Assembly (NCBI GenBank): GCA_018396815.1
Contig: JAGTQY010000003.1
Location: forward strand, 69,481 to 133,480
Length of the DNA stretch: 64,000 bases
Direction of reading: 5' to 3'
From: Candidatus Bathyarchaeota archaeon
Lineage (GTDB): Archaea; Thermoproteota; Bathyarchaeia; 40CM-2-53-6; DTDX01
The notes under the pieces are model-generated. The model saw only the letters and a program-made list of their open reading frames with translations. It was not told where the DNA came from and did no database searches. Each line of letters begins with the position of its first letter. Position 1 is the first letter of the stretch. Shown piece after piece: positions 38,640 to 48,513 of this stretch. Both the position numbers and the translations under genes were made by a program.

Positions 38640-39476
38640 TTATGAATTTTCTCGATTCTTAATAGTTTTATTCATGTTTCCTTGAATGTAACCGCTTAAC
38701 TCTAAAGCCACAAACTTAAACCCTAACGCTTGTAATCTTTGAGACACTTCATCCATAATTTTCTCATTAAAAAATAATTTTCTTTCATTTGGATCTACTT
38801 CTATTCTAGCTATATCCTCATGATCTCTAACCCGAATTTGTTTAACTCTAGTAATTTCTTTAACAATTTTTTCAGCTTCAGCTACTCGTTTAATCCTTTC
38901 TAATGTGATTTTTTGGCCATATGGAATTCTTGATGCTAAACATGCTGAAGAAGGTTTTTCAGCTATAGATAAACCAAGAATTTTCGCTATTTCTCTTACT
39001 TCTCTTTTTGTTATTTTTGCTTCAATTAAGGGGCTATATATACCTTCTTCTTTTAAAGCTATTCTTCCAGGTCTATAATCTTCAAGATCCTCAATGTTAC
39101 TTCCATCAACTATATTTTTTAATCCTCTTTTTTTAGCCAACTCTTTTAATTTAATTGCTAAATTTTTTTTACAAAAATAACATCTATTCATTGGGTTACA
39201 AGCAAAGTTAGGGTCTTCAAGTTCATTCCCCTCTAAAATCACATGTTCAACTCCAATTTCTTTAGCTACTTTAACAGCTTCTTCCAATTCCTCCTGTGGC
39301 ATAAGTGGTGAGTTTATTGTTACAGCTACTACATTATTTTTTAAAGCTATTTTAGCCGCAGCAGTAACAACAGCACTATCAACTCCGCCTGAAAACGCTA
39401 CAAGAACACTTTCCTTACTCTTTAAAATATTAATTAAATAATTAAATTTTCTTTTAATGTTGTTACTATCTTCCAC
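38640..39476 (-). CDS. larE: LarE family ATP-dependent sulfur insertase
   Basis: AFSGGVDS PP-loop, RCYFCK, DYRPG, ACLASRIPYG and RVR.H..IARIEV motifs. Confidence 0.9.
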   Translation of the reverse strand: MEDSNNIKRKFNYLINILKSKESVLVAFSGGVDSAVVTAAAKIALKNNVVAVTINSPLMPQEELEEAVKVAKEIGVEHVILEGNELEDPNFACNPMNRCYFCKKNLAIKLKELAKKRGLKNIVDGSNIEDLEDYRPGRIALKEEGIYSPLIEAKITKREVREIAKILGLSIAEKPSSACLASRIPYGQKITLERIKRVAEAEKIVKEITRVKQIRVRDHEDIARIEVDPNERKLFFNEKIMDEVSQRLQALGFKFVALELSGYIQGNMNKTIKNRENS

Positions 39477-39586
39477 TAAGTATTCACCTTTATTCTAAAA
39501 ATATTACTATTACCATTAAATAAATTTTAAATTTGAGTTTTTCATTATTTCTTGCTAAAAATTAAATTTCATAATGAGGTTAAAAA

Positions 39587-40234
39587 ATGCTCTTCAATTT
39601 AGAGAATTTTCATCCATGCCTCAAAAAGATTTACTTGATTCAAGGAGTTGGATTATGCTCAAACACCTATATTATTGATAAAGGTAAGTTAACTTTAGTT
39701 GATTGTGGAAATGGTTTACCTAAAAATAATATCAAGCCTTATTTAGATGAGCTTTCAATAAAAAATGTTGAACAAGTAATTTTAACACATAATCATCCTG
39801 ATCATACTGGAGGATTAAGGGAAATCCTTCGATATTTTAAACCAAGAATTTTTATTCATAAACTTGATTTTAAATTTCCTTTTTTAATTAATAACTCGTT
39901 AATTGAATTTATTAATGATAACGATAATATTTCAATTGGTGAAGAAAAACTTAAGGTTTTACATACGCCTGGACACACAGCAGGAAGCATATGTTTATAC
40001 GAAGGAAAAAATAAAATTCTATTCTCAGGAGACACAGTATTTCCAGGTGGCTTTTTCGGTAGAACAGATTTACCTACAGGAGATTCCAAAGCATTAATTA
40101 ACTCATTAAAGAGATTAACAAAATTAGATGTAGAGTTTCTTTTAGCAGGTCATGAAGAACCTGTTTTTAGAAACGGTAAGAAACATATAACTTCCTCCTT
40201 TAAAGCAGCTTTAAGCTTCTTTAATACTTTTTAA
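39587..40234 (+). CDS. MBL-fold metallo-hydrolase (glyoxalase II-like)
   Basis: THNHPDHTGG, HTPGHT, SGDT and GH motifs. Confidence 0.9.
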   Translation: MLFNLENFHPCLKKIYLIQGVGLCSNTYIIDKGKLTLVDCGNGLPKNNIKPYLDELSIKNVEQVILTHNHPDHTGGLREILRYFKPRIFIHKLDFKFPFLINNSLIEFINDNDNISIGEEKLKVLHTPGHTAGSICLYEGKNKILFSGDTVFPGGFFGRTDLPTGDSKALINSLKRLTKLDVEFLLAGHEEPVFRNGKKHITSSFKAALSFFNTF

Positions 40235-41257
40235 TTAACCTTTAAAACCACTTTTCCGAAGTGCTTAGACTCTTCAAGATACTTATGCGCTATTCCAGCA
40301 TCCTTTAAATTAAAAACTTTATTAACAACAGGCTTAAGAATTCCCTTTTTGAAAAGCTCTGTTATTTTGAAAAGATCTCCCTTTCTCCCCATGTAAACGC
40401 CTTTTAAAGAGATTTCTCTTGTAAAATTATATCTTATATTTATCTCAGTGGTATCTCCTGTCGTTGTTCCAAAAAAGACTAACCTCCCGCCTTTTTTAAG
40501 GCATTTTATGCTTTTTTTCAAACGTCGCTTTTCCTACATGATCTATTACTATTATCTACCCCTTCATTAAATATTTCTCTTACTCTTTTTTCTACATCCT
40601 CAGTATAGTGATTTATAACTATATCCGCTCCTAGCTCTGCATTTATCTGCTTTTTCTTCACTCCCTGCTGTTGCAATAATAAAGGCATTAAAAAGCTTAG
40701 CTATTTGAATACTAGCTACGCCAACGCCTGAAGACCCAGCCCATACAAGAACTTTAGGGTTTTATTTTTCCCTTTATCACAAGAGCGTTCCATGCTGTTA
40801 AAAATGTAAGAGGATAGCTTAAAGCTTCTTCAAAGGATAAATTGTTTGGTTTTAGAATTGCATTTCTGCTTGGGACAACTACATAGTCAGCATAGCCTCC
40901 TTTACTTTTAAGCCCTAAAATATCAAAATTTTTGCAGCGATTATTATATCCTACTTGGCATTCATAGCATATTCCGCAAGAAAGCCCAGGTGATACAATA
41001 ACTTCATCGCCAATTTTAACATTTTTTACGATCCCCTACTTCTTCAACAATACCGCTTACATCTGATCCAAGGATATGAGGAAGCTCAAGGTTTTACCGC
41101 TAAAATCCCCATTCTTACCCATATATCAAGATGATTTAAGGCTACAGCCTTTACTTTAATTAAAACTTCATCTCCCCCTTAGTTTAGGTTTCGGAAAATC
41201 TTCATTATGCAGAAGATTTTCAATACCACCAAATTGTTTAAGAAGAATAGCCTTAAT
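40231..41257 (-). pseudogene. Zn-dependent alcohol dehydrogenase/quinone oxidoreductase pseudogene
   Basis: Fragments IKAILLKQFGG, LNHLDIWVRMG, PHILGSD, CGICYEC..RC, WAGSSGVG and HFGKVVL lie in different frames; at least five frameshifts. Confidence 0.85.
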
Positions 41258-41290
41258 TTTTAAATTCTCTTAAATATTATTTATTAATTG

Positions 41291-41722
41291 TTAAGGCTTA
41301 TATTCTATCCAATAAGATCTTCCATCTTCTAAAGTTTCCTTCTTCCATAAAGGTGCTTCTTGTTTTACTCTTTCAACGATTTCTCTTAAAGCTGGAAAAA
41401 CATCTTTTCTAGACTTTCCTGAAACTGCAATCATCATTATTTTTTCTCCTACTTTAACTTGTCCCATAACATGATGAATCAAAACATTAGTAATTTTATA
41501 TTGTTCTTTAATTTCCTCAGCTATCTTCTTAAATGCTTCTTCTGCTTTTTCTTTATACGCATCAAATTCTAAATAAGCAACTCTTTCCTTTTGGTATGTT
41601 TCTCCTCTTACTATTCCAAGAAAGATACCAATCGCTCCATCTTCACCATCTTCACACTCTTTAATAAAATTCATTAATTTTTTAAGGGATATACCCCTTT
41701 TTGAAACAAGGAAATTACTCAA
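41291..41722 (-). CDS. moaE: Molybdopterin synthase large subunit
   Basis: GAIGIFLGIVR, IHH.MG and VKQEAPLWKKE motifs. Confidence 0.88.
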   Translation of the reverse strand: MSNFLVSKRGISLKKLMNFIKECEDGEDGAIGIFLGIVRGETYQKERVAYLEFDAYKEKAEEAFKKIAEEIKEQYKITNVLIHHVMGQVKVGEKIMMIAVSGKSRKDVFPALREIVERVKQEAPLWKKETLEDGRSYWIEYKP

Positions 41723-41816
41723 AATTTTCTCACCTACTCCTCCATATATATTATATTTAAATAAGTTTAATCATTCTATGTAAATTACATGAAATTATGT
41801 TAAGGTGAAATTAAAA

Positions 41817-42311
41817 ATGATTATTGGAATAATTTCAGATACTCATGATAGAATACCCTTTATAATTAAAGCTATAGAGCTATTAAACGCTGAAAAAGTT
41901 GATTTAGTACTACACTGTGGAGATTACTGTGCGCCTTTTGCAATTGTTCCATTCAAAAGCTTAATTGCTAAAATGATTGGTATATATGGAAATAATGATG
42001 CTGAAAAAGAGTTGTTAAAAAATGCTTTTTTAAGTATTAATAAGGAAGTTAGAGGGAGTTTTGCTAAGTTGGATATTAATGGATTTAAAATTGGTATGCT
42101 TCATGGAGAAAATAAAGATCTTTTAGATACAATTATTGAATGCGGCTTTTTTGATTTAGTGGTTTATGGGCATACTCATAAAGTTGATATACGTGAATTT
42201 GGGAAAACTTTAGTTATAAATCCTGGAGAAATATGTGGTTATTTAACTGGTGAATCTTCCTTAGCTCTATTTGATGTAAAAACAAAAAAAGTGAATATAG
42301 TTAAATTATAA
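41817..42311 (+). CDS. Metallophosphoesterase (MJ0936/YfcE family)
   Basis: SDTH, HCGD, GNND, HG, GHTH and NPG motifs. Confidence 0.9.
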   Translation: MIIGIISDTHDRIPFIIKAIELLNAEKVDLVLHCGDYCAPFAIVPFKSLIAKMIGIYGNNDAEKELLKNAFLSINKEVRGSFAKLDINGFKIGMLHGENKDLLDTIIECGFFDLVVYGHTHKVDIREFGKTLVINPGEICGYLTGESSLALFDVKTKKVNIVKL

Positions 42312-42319
42312 AGTGAAAA

Positions 42320-43498
42320 ATGTCATCATCAATTGATACTCTTTCAAGGATTTATAAACTTTCTAGTGATGTTATTGAAAGTTTAGAAAAAGTTTATCGA
42401 AATGATTTAGAAAAAGTTCTTCAAGCTCTTAAAACTCCTGGAAAAAAATATTATTTTAGAGTGAATACTTTAAAAGCTAATTTAAATGAAGTATTTATAA
42501 ACCTGAAGAATAAGGGTTTTCAAGTTAAAATGGATGAACATATTCCTGAAGCTTTTTATGTTCCTGTTGAAGGCCCATTTAATATTCCAATTTTTAATAA
42601 ACGTGTTATTGTTGATAAATTTACTGCTGAATCCGTTTTGCAAGGTGCACATGTTTATGCACCTGGAATTGTAAATTGTAAAGGAATAAGGGTAGGAGAT
42701 AAAGTCACAATTGTTGATGAATTGAATCAAGAAGTTGGTAGTGGGATAGCTAGAATGAATGAAACTCAAATTCTTCAATTCAGAAGAGGGCTAGCTGTTG
42801 AAGTAATTTATCCAAAGTATAAAATTCCAAGTTTTAGAGAAACTGAAGAATATAAAAAAGGCTTGATATATCCACAATCTTTTCCTGCAATTTTAACTAG
42901 TAGAATTCTTGATCCTAAACCTGGAGAAAAAATTTTAGATATGTGTTGTGCACCAGGAGGGAAGCTTTCTCATATAGTTCAATTAATGGAGAATAAAGGT
43001 TTAGTTATAGGGGTTGATAGAAACAAAAAGAAGATAGAAACTACAATGAAAAACTTAAATCGTTTAAACTGTAAAATTGCAACTTTAATTATTCATGATT
43101 CAAGATATCTTGATGTAAATTTTCCATCTTTAAAAGTTGATAGATGTTTAGTTGATCCGCCTTGCAGCGCTTTAGGAGTTACACCTAAGCTTTTTGATTT
43201 TACATCGATAAAGGATATTTTAAATTTGTCTAATTATCAAAAACAATTTATTAAAGTTGCTTCTAAACTTCTTAAACCAAATGGAATTTTAGTGTATAGT
43301 GTATGCACATTAACAATTGAGGAATGTGAAGCAATAGTTAAATTCGCTGAAGAAGAGTGTTCATTAAAAATTGAGATGCAAAATTTTTTTGTTGGTTCAC
43401 CAGGAGTTAATATATTTTCAAATGCTGAAAAACTTCAACGTTTTCATCCGCATATTCATGGTTTAGGTTTTTTCATAGCTAAATTTAAGAAAAATTAG
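42320..43498 (+). CDS. PUA-domain RNA m5C methyltransferase (NOL1/NOP2/Sun, NSUN6-like)
   Basis: PUA insert (GAHVYAPG), DMCCAPGGK, DPPCS and YSVCT motifs. Confidence 0.88.
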   Translation: MSSSIDTLSRIYKLSSDVIESLEKVYRNDLEKVLQALKTPGKKYYFRVNTLKANLNEVFINLKNKGFQVKMDEHIPEAFYVPVEGPFNIPIFNKRVIVDKFTAESVLQGAHVYAPGIVNCKGIRVGDKVTIVDELNQEVGSGIARMNETQILQFRRGLAVEVIYPKYKIPSFRETEEYKKGLIYPQSFPAILTSRILDPKPGEKILDMCCAPGGKLSHIVQLMENKGLVIGVDRNKKKIETTMKNLNRLNCKIATLIIHDSRYLDVNFPSLKVDRCLVDPPCSALGVTPKLFDFTSIKDILNLSNYQKQFIKVASKLLKPNGILVYSVCTLTIEECEAIVKFAEEECSLKIEMQNFFVGSPGVNIFSNAEKLQRFHPHIHGLGFFIAKFKKN

Positions 43499-43997
43499 TT
43501 TTTTCTGCTTTTCGCTTTAATTTAGTTCCACATGTATCGCAAACTGTTTTATTAACATCATATTTCTTAAAACATGCTGGACAATAAATAACCCATTTTA
43601 ATGGTTTAGAAATTCCAAAGGTAGCTATTGAAGAGAAATTTAATTGAAGAAAATAGGCAACATTTTGAATTGCATAATCATCTGTTAATATAATAGGTTC
43701 AAAACCTTCTGTTTTTAATTCAAAAGCTAAAGCTAACAATTGTAAATCAGCTTTAGAAAGCACATTTTTATCACCAATTTTAACTGATACTTCATAAACT
43801 TTTTTTTCAGAGTTTTCACTTGGTTTTTTAATGTTTAGTTTTTTAGTTTCTTGTAGAGCTTTTACTCTTAAGGCTATAGGCCCCTCTTTAGGTAATTCTT
43901 CAATAACTAAAGGTGGTGAATAAGCTTGAATATTTATTAAATCGAAACCTGCTATAAACGCTGAAGAATCTAAAACTAAAATTTTTTTACTCATCAC
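43485..43997 (-). CDS. nob1: Nob1 endonuclease (PIN plus Zn ribbon)
   Basis: VLDSSAFI, LSKAD, TDDYAIQN and CPAC..CDTCG motifs. Confidence 0.9.
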   Translation of the reverse strand: MMSKKILVLDSSAFIAGFDLINIQAYSPPLVIEELPKEGPIALRVKALQETKKLNIKKPSENSEKKVYEVSVKIGDKNVLSKADLQLLALAFELKTEGFEPIILTDDYAIQNVAYFLQLNFSSIATFGISKPLKWVIYCPACFKKYDVNKTVCDTCGTKLKRKAEKTNFS

Positions 43998-44824
43998 ATT
44001 CTAGAAACTAATCTAGATAATCTTCGGCATAAAAATTTTGTTTCAAACCTTATAAATAAAGCTTTATGATTCGATTTTTTCACTAAAACTTTAGAGTTAA
44101 CTGGAAGCTCTTTTATGTAACAACCATCCACAATTAATACTGCCCCAACTTTTTCATTCGAAACTTTTATAGTTACGTCAAGTCTATCTGGAATAATTAT
44201 CGATCTTATAGGTTTCAGCGGGCATATAAAAACTAAATCAAAAGCTTCAAGATTTGTTTCTAAAATTGGTCCTCCAGCTGAAAATGCATGAGCAGTTGAA
44301 CCTGTAGGAGTAGCGATTATTAATCCATCAGCTCTAATCTCTATAAGCTTGTAACTTCCTGCTAAAACATCAAAATGAAGAGGTTTTAAAGGTGTTTTTG
44401 AAGTTATTAAAGCTTCATTTAATCCATCTACTAAAAATTCCTCTTCATGAAAAACTGAAAGTTTTGAATGTTCTTCTATCTTGTATTTTCCAGCTAAACA
44501 ATCTTCAATTGCATCAAATGTATGTTCTGGAGGCACTTCAGTTAAATAACCTCTTCTACCCATATCCACAGATAGTATTGGTGTTTCCGGATTTGGAATA
44601 TTCATGCATGTTTTTAAAATTGTTCCATCCCCGCCAATAGTTAAAATTAAATCCGCACTTAACTTATTAAGAGGTACCCCTAAATTTAACTTTAAAGCTT
44701 CAGCTAATTGCTTTTCTAAAGTAACTTCTAAACCTTTTTTTGAAAGAAACTCTAAAACTTCATTTGAAAGTTTAATTGCATCTTCAATATCCAACCTTGA
44801 GACTATACCAATCTTTTTAAACAT
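43994..44824 (-). CDS. nadK: NAD kinase
   Basis: GGDGT, LNE and DGLIIATPTGSTAH motifs. Confidence 0.92.
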   Translation of the reverse strand: MFKKIGIVSRLDIEDAIKLSNEVLEFLSKKGLEVTLEKQLAEALKLNLGVPLNKLSADLILTIGGDGTILKTCMNIPNPETPILSVDMGRRGYLTEVPPEHTFDAIEDCLAGKYKIEEHSKLSVFHEEEFLVDGLNEALITSKTPLKPLHFDVLAGSYKLIEIRADGLIIATPTGSTAHAFSAGGPILETNLEAFDLVFICPLKPIRSIIIPDRLDVTIKVSNEKVGAVLIVDGCYIKELPVNSKVLVKKSNHKALFIRFETKFLCRRLSRLVSRM

Positions 44825-44967
44825 TTTTATCTTCCAACTTTATTATAAGGTAACTAAAATAGCTAGTTACTTAAGAATTACTCCTTAATTAAACATTAAA
44901 AAGGTTTTTAGGTTTTAAGCATTACAAGTTTTGTTTAGAAAACTTAGTCAGGAACTGAAAGTAAACA

Positions 44968-45672
44968 ATGTTGAAACCTAAATTTCTTTCTACAAAATCT
45001 TTTTCTCTCAATAAATTATTAAATGGTGGTTTACCTTTAAGGGAGTTATCTTTAATTTATGGGGAAGCATCCACTGGGAAAACTACTTTAGTTCTTCAAA
45101 CAGCTATTGAAGCCGCTAAAAACTTATTAAAAGTACTTTATATCGATGTAGATTATTCCTTTACTCCGCAACGGTTTAACCAAATAGCAGGTTTACATGC
45201 AAATAAAGCTTCACCTAACATTTTTATTTTTACTCCAAAAACTTTTTTTGAGCAAACTCAAATAATAGAGAATTTGGAAACTTACTTATCTAAATTAACT
45301 GTTTTAATTATTGTTGACTCTATTACAACGCTTTACAGGTTGGAGGTTTCAACTTTAGAAGAGCGTTTTGCTTTAAACCGCGCTTTAAATAGGCAATTAG
45401 CCTATTTAGCTGAATTAGCTAAAAAACATGAGTTAGCTGTAGTTTTAACAAGTCAAGTTCATAGCTCATTAAATGAGTACGTGGATATAGAACCTATAGC
45501 TAAACGCGCTCTTTTTCACTGGTGTGGAACAATAATTAAACTAGTAAATCTTAAAGGCAACTTTAAAGAAGTTATTGTTGAACGATTAAACTTCAAGGAA
45601 ACACCTAATCTTAAATGCAAATTAAAACTTACAAAAGAAGGGTTAATAGAGGCTTTAAATAAAGATGAATGA
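44968..45672 (+). CDS. radB: RadB-like RecA family ATPase
   Basis: GEASTGKT, YID, IVDSITTLYR and TSQV motifs; no N-terminal HhH domain. Confidence 0.82.
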   Translation: MLKPKFLSTKSFSLNKLLNGGLPLRELSLIYGEASTGKTTLVLQTAIEAAKNLLKVLYIDVDYSFTPQRFNQIAGLHANKASPNIFIFTPKTFFEQTQIIENLETYLSKLTVLIIVDSITTLYRLEVSTLEERFALNRALNRQLAYLAELAKKHELAVVLTSQVHSSLNEYVDIEPIAKRALFHWCGTIIKLVNLKGNFKEVIVERLNFKETPNLKCKLKLTKEGLIEALNKDE

Positions 45673-46165
45673 ATCTTTTTTTTCAGCTTTAATATTTATT
45701 TTGCCTGCTTATATAGCGAATGCTAGTGCAGTAGTTTTTCATGGGAAAAAACCAATAGATTTTAACAAAACTTTTATTGATAAAAAAAGAGTGTTTGGAG
45801 CTAATAAAACTATTGAAGGTTTTATTGGGGGTTTTTTATGCGGTTTATTAATGACGATAATTGAATGTTTAATTTTAAACTGTAAAAACTTTAATTTCTT
45901 CTTATTAGGTGCTTTAATTAGTTTAGGAGCTTTACTGGGGGATCTTCTAGGAGCTTTTATTAAGAGGAGATTAACTTTAGCTCCAGGTTTTCCTCTTCCA
46001 TTTCTAGATCAATTAGATTTTGTTTATGGCGCATTAATTATTTCTTATCCTTTTTCAAAATTAGATTTAAACGCGTTATTTTTTATTTTTCTCTTTACGC
46101 CTTTTCTTCATTTAATCACTAACAGTATAGCTTACTTGTTAAAATTAAAAAAATTTTGGTGGTAA
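45665..46165 (+). CDS. carS: CDP-archaeol synthase
   Basis: PAYIAN, PIDF, KTIEG, GDLLGAFIKRR and LDQLD motifs. Confidence 0.9.
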   Translation: MNESFFSALIFILPAYIANASAVVFHGKKPIDFNKTFIDKKRVFGANKTIEGFIGGFLCGLLMTIIECLILNCKNFNFFLLGALISLGALLGDLLGAFIKRRLTLAPGFPLPFLDQLDFVYGALIISYPFSKLDLNALFFIFLFTPFLHLITNSIAYLLKLKKFWW

Positions 46166-46168
46166 GTA

Positions 46169-46594
46169 TTATCCAGAAATTTTCTGTTGCATTAAAGTGA
46201 TTAAATAATAAACTGAGAGTATTGTTATTGTAAATCCTATAATAAGTGTAATATAGGCTTCTCTAGGTCTATAAACCATTTTTATACTTTTATAAAGCAG
46301 GTATAATCCTACAACACCTATTAAATATAGAAAAGCTGAAACTAAACTTTCACTTAAAGTTTGAACATTAATGTTTCCTCTATAAATAAATGTCCAACCT
46401 GTTGAAGAGGGTAGTAAAGCTAAAGGTTTTTCTAAAGCTGCAAAAATTCCACCAGAAAAAATAAACACTGAAAAAACAAGAACTATAATAAACAAGGTTG
46501 TTGCTGAAAGTTTAGGTTTTACTCTTCTTTTTTTAACAGTGTAAATTAAATCCTTAGTTTTAAGCTTTATTTTCCATAAAATTTTTTGAGTCAA
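46169..46594 (-). CDS. OST3/OST6-family (OSTC/DC2-like) membrane protein
   Basis: Three TM segments; F.FSGG.F....P...F......Q...E.L.S.FL..G..G pattern matches the eukaryotic OSTC layout; comparison from memory. Confidence 0.65.
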   Translation of the reverse strand: MTQKILWKIKLKTKDLIYTVKKRRVKPKLSATTLFIIVLVFSVFIFSGGIFAALEKPLALLPSSTGWTFIYRGNINVQTLSESLVSAFLYLIGVVGLYLLYKSIKMVYRPREAYITLIIGFTITILSVYYLITLMQQKISG

Positions 46595-46714
46595 TATTTA
46601 CACCGCCTTATTAGGTTTTAAACAATTTTAAATCGGATTTAAATCTTTTGAATATTTATATTTAATGTTTATCTTATTGTTTTTACTTTGGTTTATTTAA
46701 AAAAAGGAGGTTTC

Positions 46715-46897
46715 ATGTTGCCTCAAAAAGTTTTCTGCAGCAAATGTGGAGCTACACTTTATGAAGGTGGAGAATTAGCGTCTCCCATAGATATAATTCA
46801 ACGTTATCGTGGTATTTGCCCTAAATGTGGAAAAACTTTAAATTTTGATTATGATAATATTGAGATTCATCCTATTGAAAATGAAGAGGCGCTTTAA
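46715..46897 (+). CDS. Small zinc-ribbon protein
   Basis: CSKCG...CPKCG; GGAGG RBS before ATG 46715. Confidence 0.75.
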   Translation: MLPQKVFCSKCGATLYEGGELASPIDIIQRYRGICPKCGKTLNFDYDNIEIHPIENEEAL

Positions 46898-46899
46898 AA

Positions 46900-48027
46900 A
46901 TGCTTAATAAAACTCAAATATATGATTTCCATAAAAAAAATGGAAAATTAGTTGAATTTGCTGGTTTTGAAATGCCTATTTGGTATAAAGGAATAATTGA
47001 AGAATGCTTGGCTGTTAGAAATGCTGCAGGAATTTTTGACGTATCCCACATGGGAAGAGCCTTTATTTATGGCGAGGAAGATGAAGCTTTTCTAAATTAT
47101 TTAACTCCAAATGATGTTTCAATGCTTAAACCAGGCATGGGTCATTACTCGGTTATGTGTAATGAGCAAGGTGGTATAATAGACGATTTAATACTACTTA
47201 AATTAAAAGATAAATTTTTAATGGTTTTTAATGCTAGCAATAGAAGTAAAGATTTAGCGTGGATGTATAAACAAGCGGAAAAATTCAAAGTTAAAATCGA
47301 TCATGTTTCTGATCAAATAGCAATGTTTGCTATTCAAGGACCTAAAGCTAGAGAAATTACTCAAGAAATAGCTAAAGAAAATGTTTATGACATTCCTAGG
47401 TTTGGTGTAGGAGAATTAACGTTAAATGGAGTTAAATGTTTAGCTTCAGGAACAGGTTATACAGGTGAAGATGGATTTGAAATATTTGTGTTAGATGCTT
47501 CAATTGAAAAACCTCAAAATGCATTTAAAGTTTGGGGCTCTATTTTAGAAGTTGGTAAGAAATATGGTTTAGAACCATGCGGTTTAGGGGCTAGGGATGT
47601 TTTAAGGCTTGAAGCAGGTATGTGCCTTTATGGAAACGATATTGATGAGTCGACAACACCATTTGAAGCTAAAATTTCTTGGGTAGTGAAACTAAATAAA
47701 AAAAGCGATTTTATAGGAAGAAAAGCTTTAGAAAAACAAAAAATTGAAGGTATAAAAAAATGTAGAGTTGGGTTAAAACTTAAAAGTAGGGGAATTCCTA
47801 GACATGGTTATGAAATTCTAAAAAATAATCAAGTAATTGGAAAAGTTACTAGCGGAACATTATCACCAATATTGAATGTTGGAATAGCAATGGGTTATAT
47901 TCCTGTTGAATACTCTAACCCTGGTGAAATTTTACAAATAAAAATTAGAGATAAACTAGTTGATGCTGAAGTAGTTAATGTACCGTTTTATGATACAACT
48001 AAATATGGATGGAAAAGAGAAAAATAA
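46900..48027 (+). CDS. gcvT: Glycine cleavage system aminomethyltransferase T
   Basis: FAGFEMP, FDVSHMG, TGYTGEDGFE and GLGARD.LRLEAG motifs. Confidence 0.96.
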   Translation: MLNKTQIYDFHKKNGKLVEFAGFEMPIWYKGIIEECLAVRNAAGIFDVSHMGRAFIYGEEDEAFLNYLTPNDVSMLKPGMGHYSVMCNEQGGIIDDLILLKLKDKFLMVFNASNRSKDLAWMYKQAEKFKVKIDHVSDQIAMFAIQGPKAREITQEIAKENVYDIPRFGVGELTLNGVKCLASGTGYTGEDGFEIFVLDASIEKPQNAFKVWGSILEVGKKYGLEPCGLGARDVLRLEAGMCLYGNDIDESTTPFEAKISWVVKLNKKSDFIGRKALEKQKIEGIKKCRVGLKLKSRGIPRHGYEILKNNQVIGKVTSGTLSPILNVGIAMGYIPVEYSNPGEILQIKIRDKLVDAEVVNVPFYDTTKYGWKREK

Positions 48028-48076
48028 ATAAGTATGTAAAATGATTAATGAAAAAGTTTAAGGGGAGGATGAATAA

Positions 48077-48490
48077 ATGAAAGTTGGAGAATATGAAGTT
48101 GTTGAGGGTTTATACTATACTAAAGAGCATGAATGGCTTAAAATTGAAGGTGAATTATGTAGAATTGGGCTTTGCGACTACGCTCAAAAATCTCTTCATG
48201 AAATTGTTTTTGTTGATTTACCTAAAGTTGGAGCTAAAGCAACTCAAATGCAAAGTATAGGAAGCGTTGAATCTGTAAAGGCTGTTGCTGAAATTTTCTC
48301 TCCAATTTCTGGAGAAATTGTTGAAGTAAATACTAGACTTGAAAATAACCCTGAACTTCTTAATGAAAGCCCATATGGGGATGGTTGGGTAGCTTTAATT
48401 AAACCCTCTAATCTTCAAGAGGAGCTTAAAAACCTAATGGATGCAAAAAGTTACGCTGAATTTTTAAAATCTATTATTGAGAAAGAATAA
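48077..48490 (+). CDS. gcvH: Glycine cleavage system H protein
   Basis: YTKEHEW, VESVKA lipoyl-Lys and PYGDGW motifs. Confidence 0.96.
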   Translation: MKVGEYEVVEGLYYTKEHEWLKIEGELCRIGLCDYAQKSLHEIVFVDLPKVGAKATQMQSIGSVESVKAVAEIFSPISGEIVEVNTRLENNPELLNESPYGDGWVALIKPSNLQEELKNLMDAKSYAEFLKSIIEKE

Positions 48491-48491
48491 A

Positions 48492-48513
48492 TTTTTTTCT
48501 TTCTCTCTTTTTT
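48492..48513 (+). terminator. Pyrimidine/T-tract terminator after gcvH
   Basis: TTTTTTTCTTTCTCTCTTTTTT directly after the stop codon. Confidence 0.45.

Noticed and set aside
40231-40521. 96-aa ORF as a stand-alone gene
   Set aside because: It is the last fragment of the frameshifted dehydrogenase pseudogene
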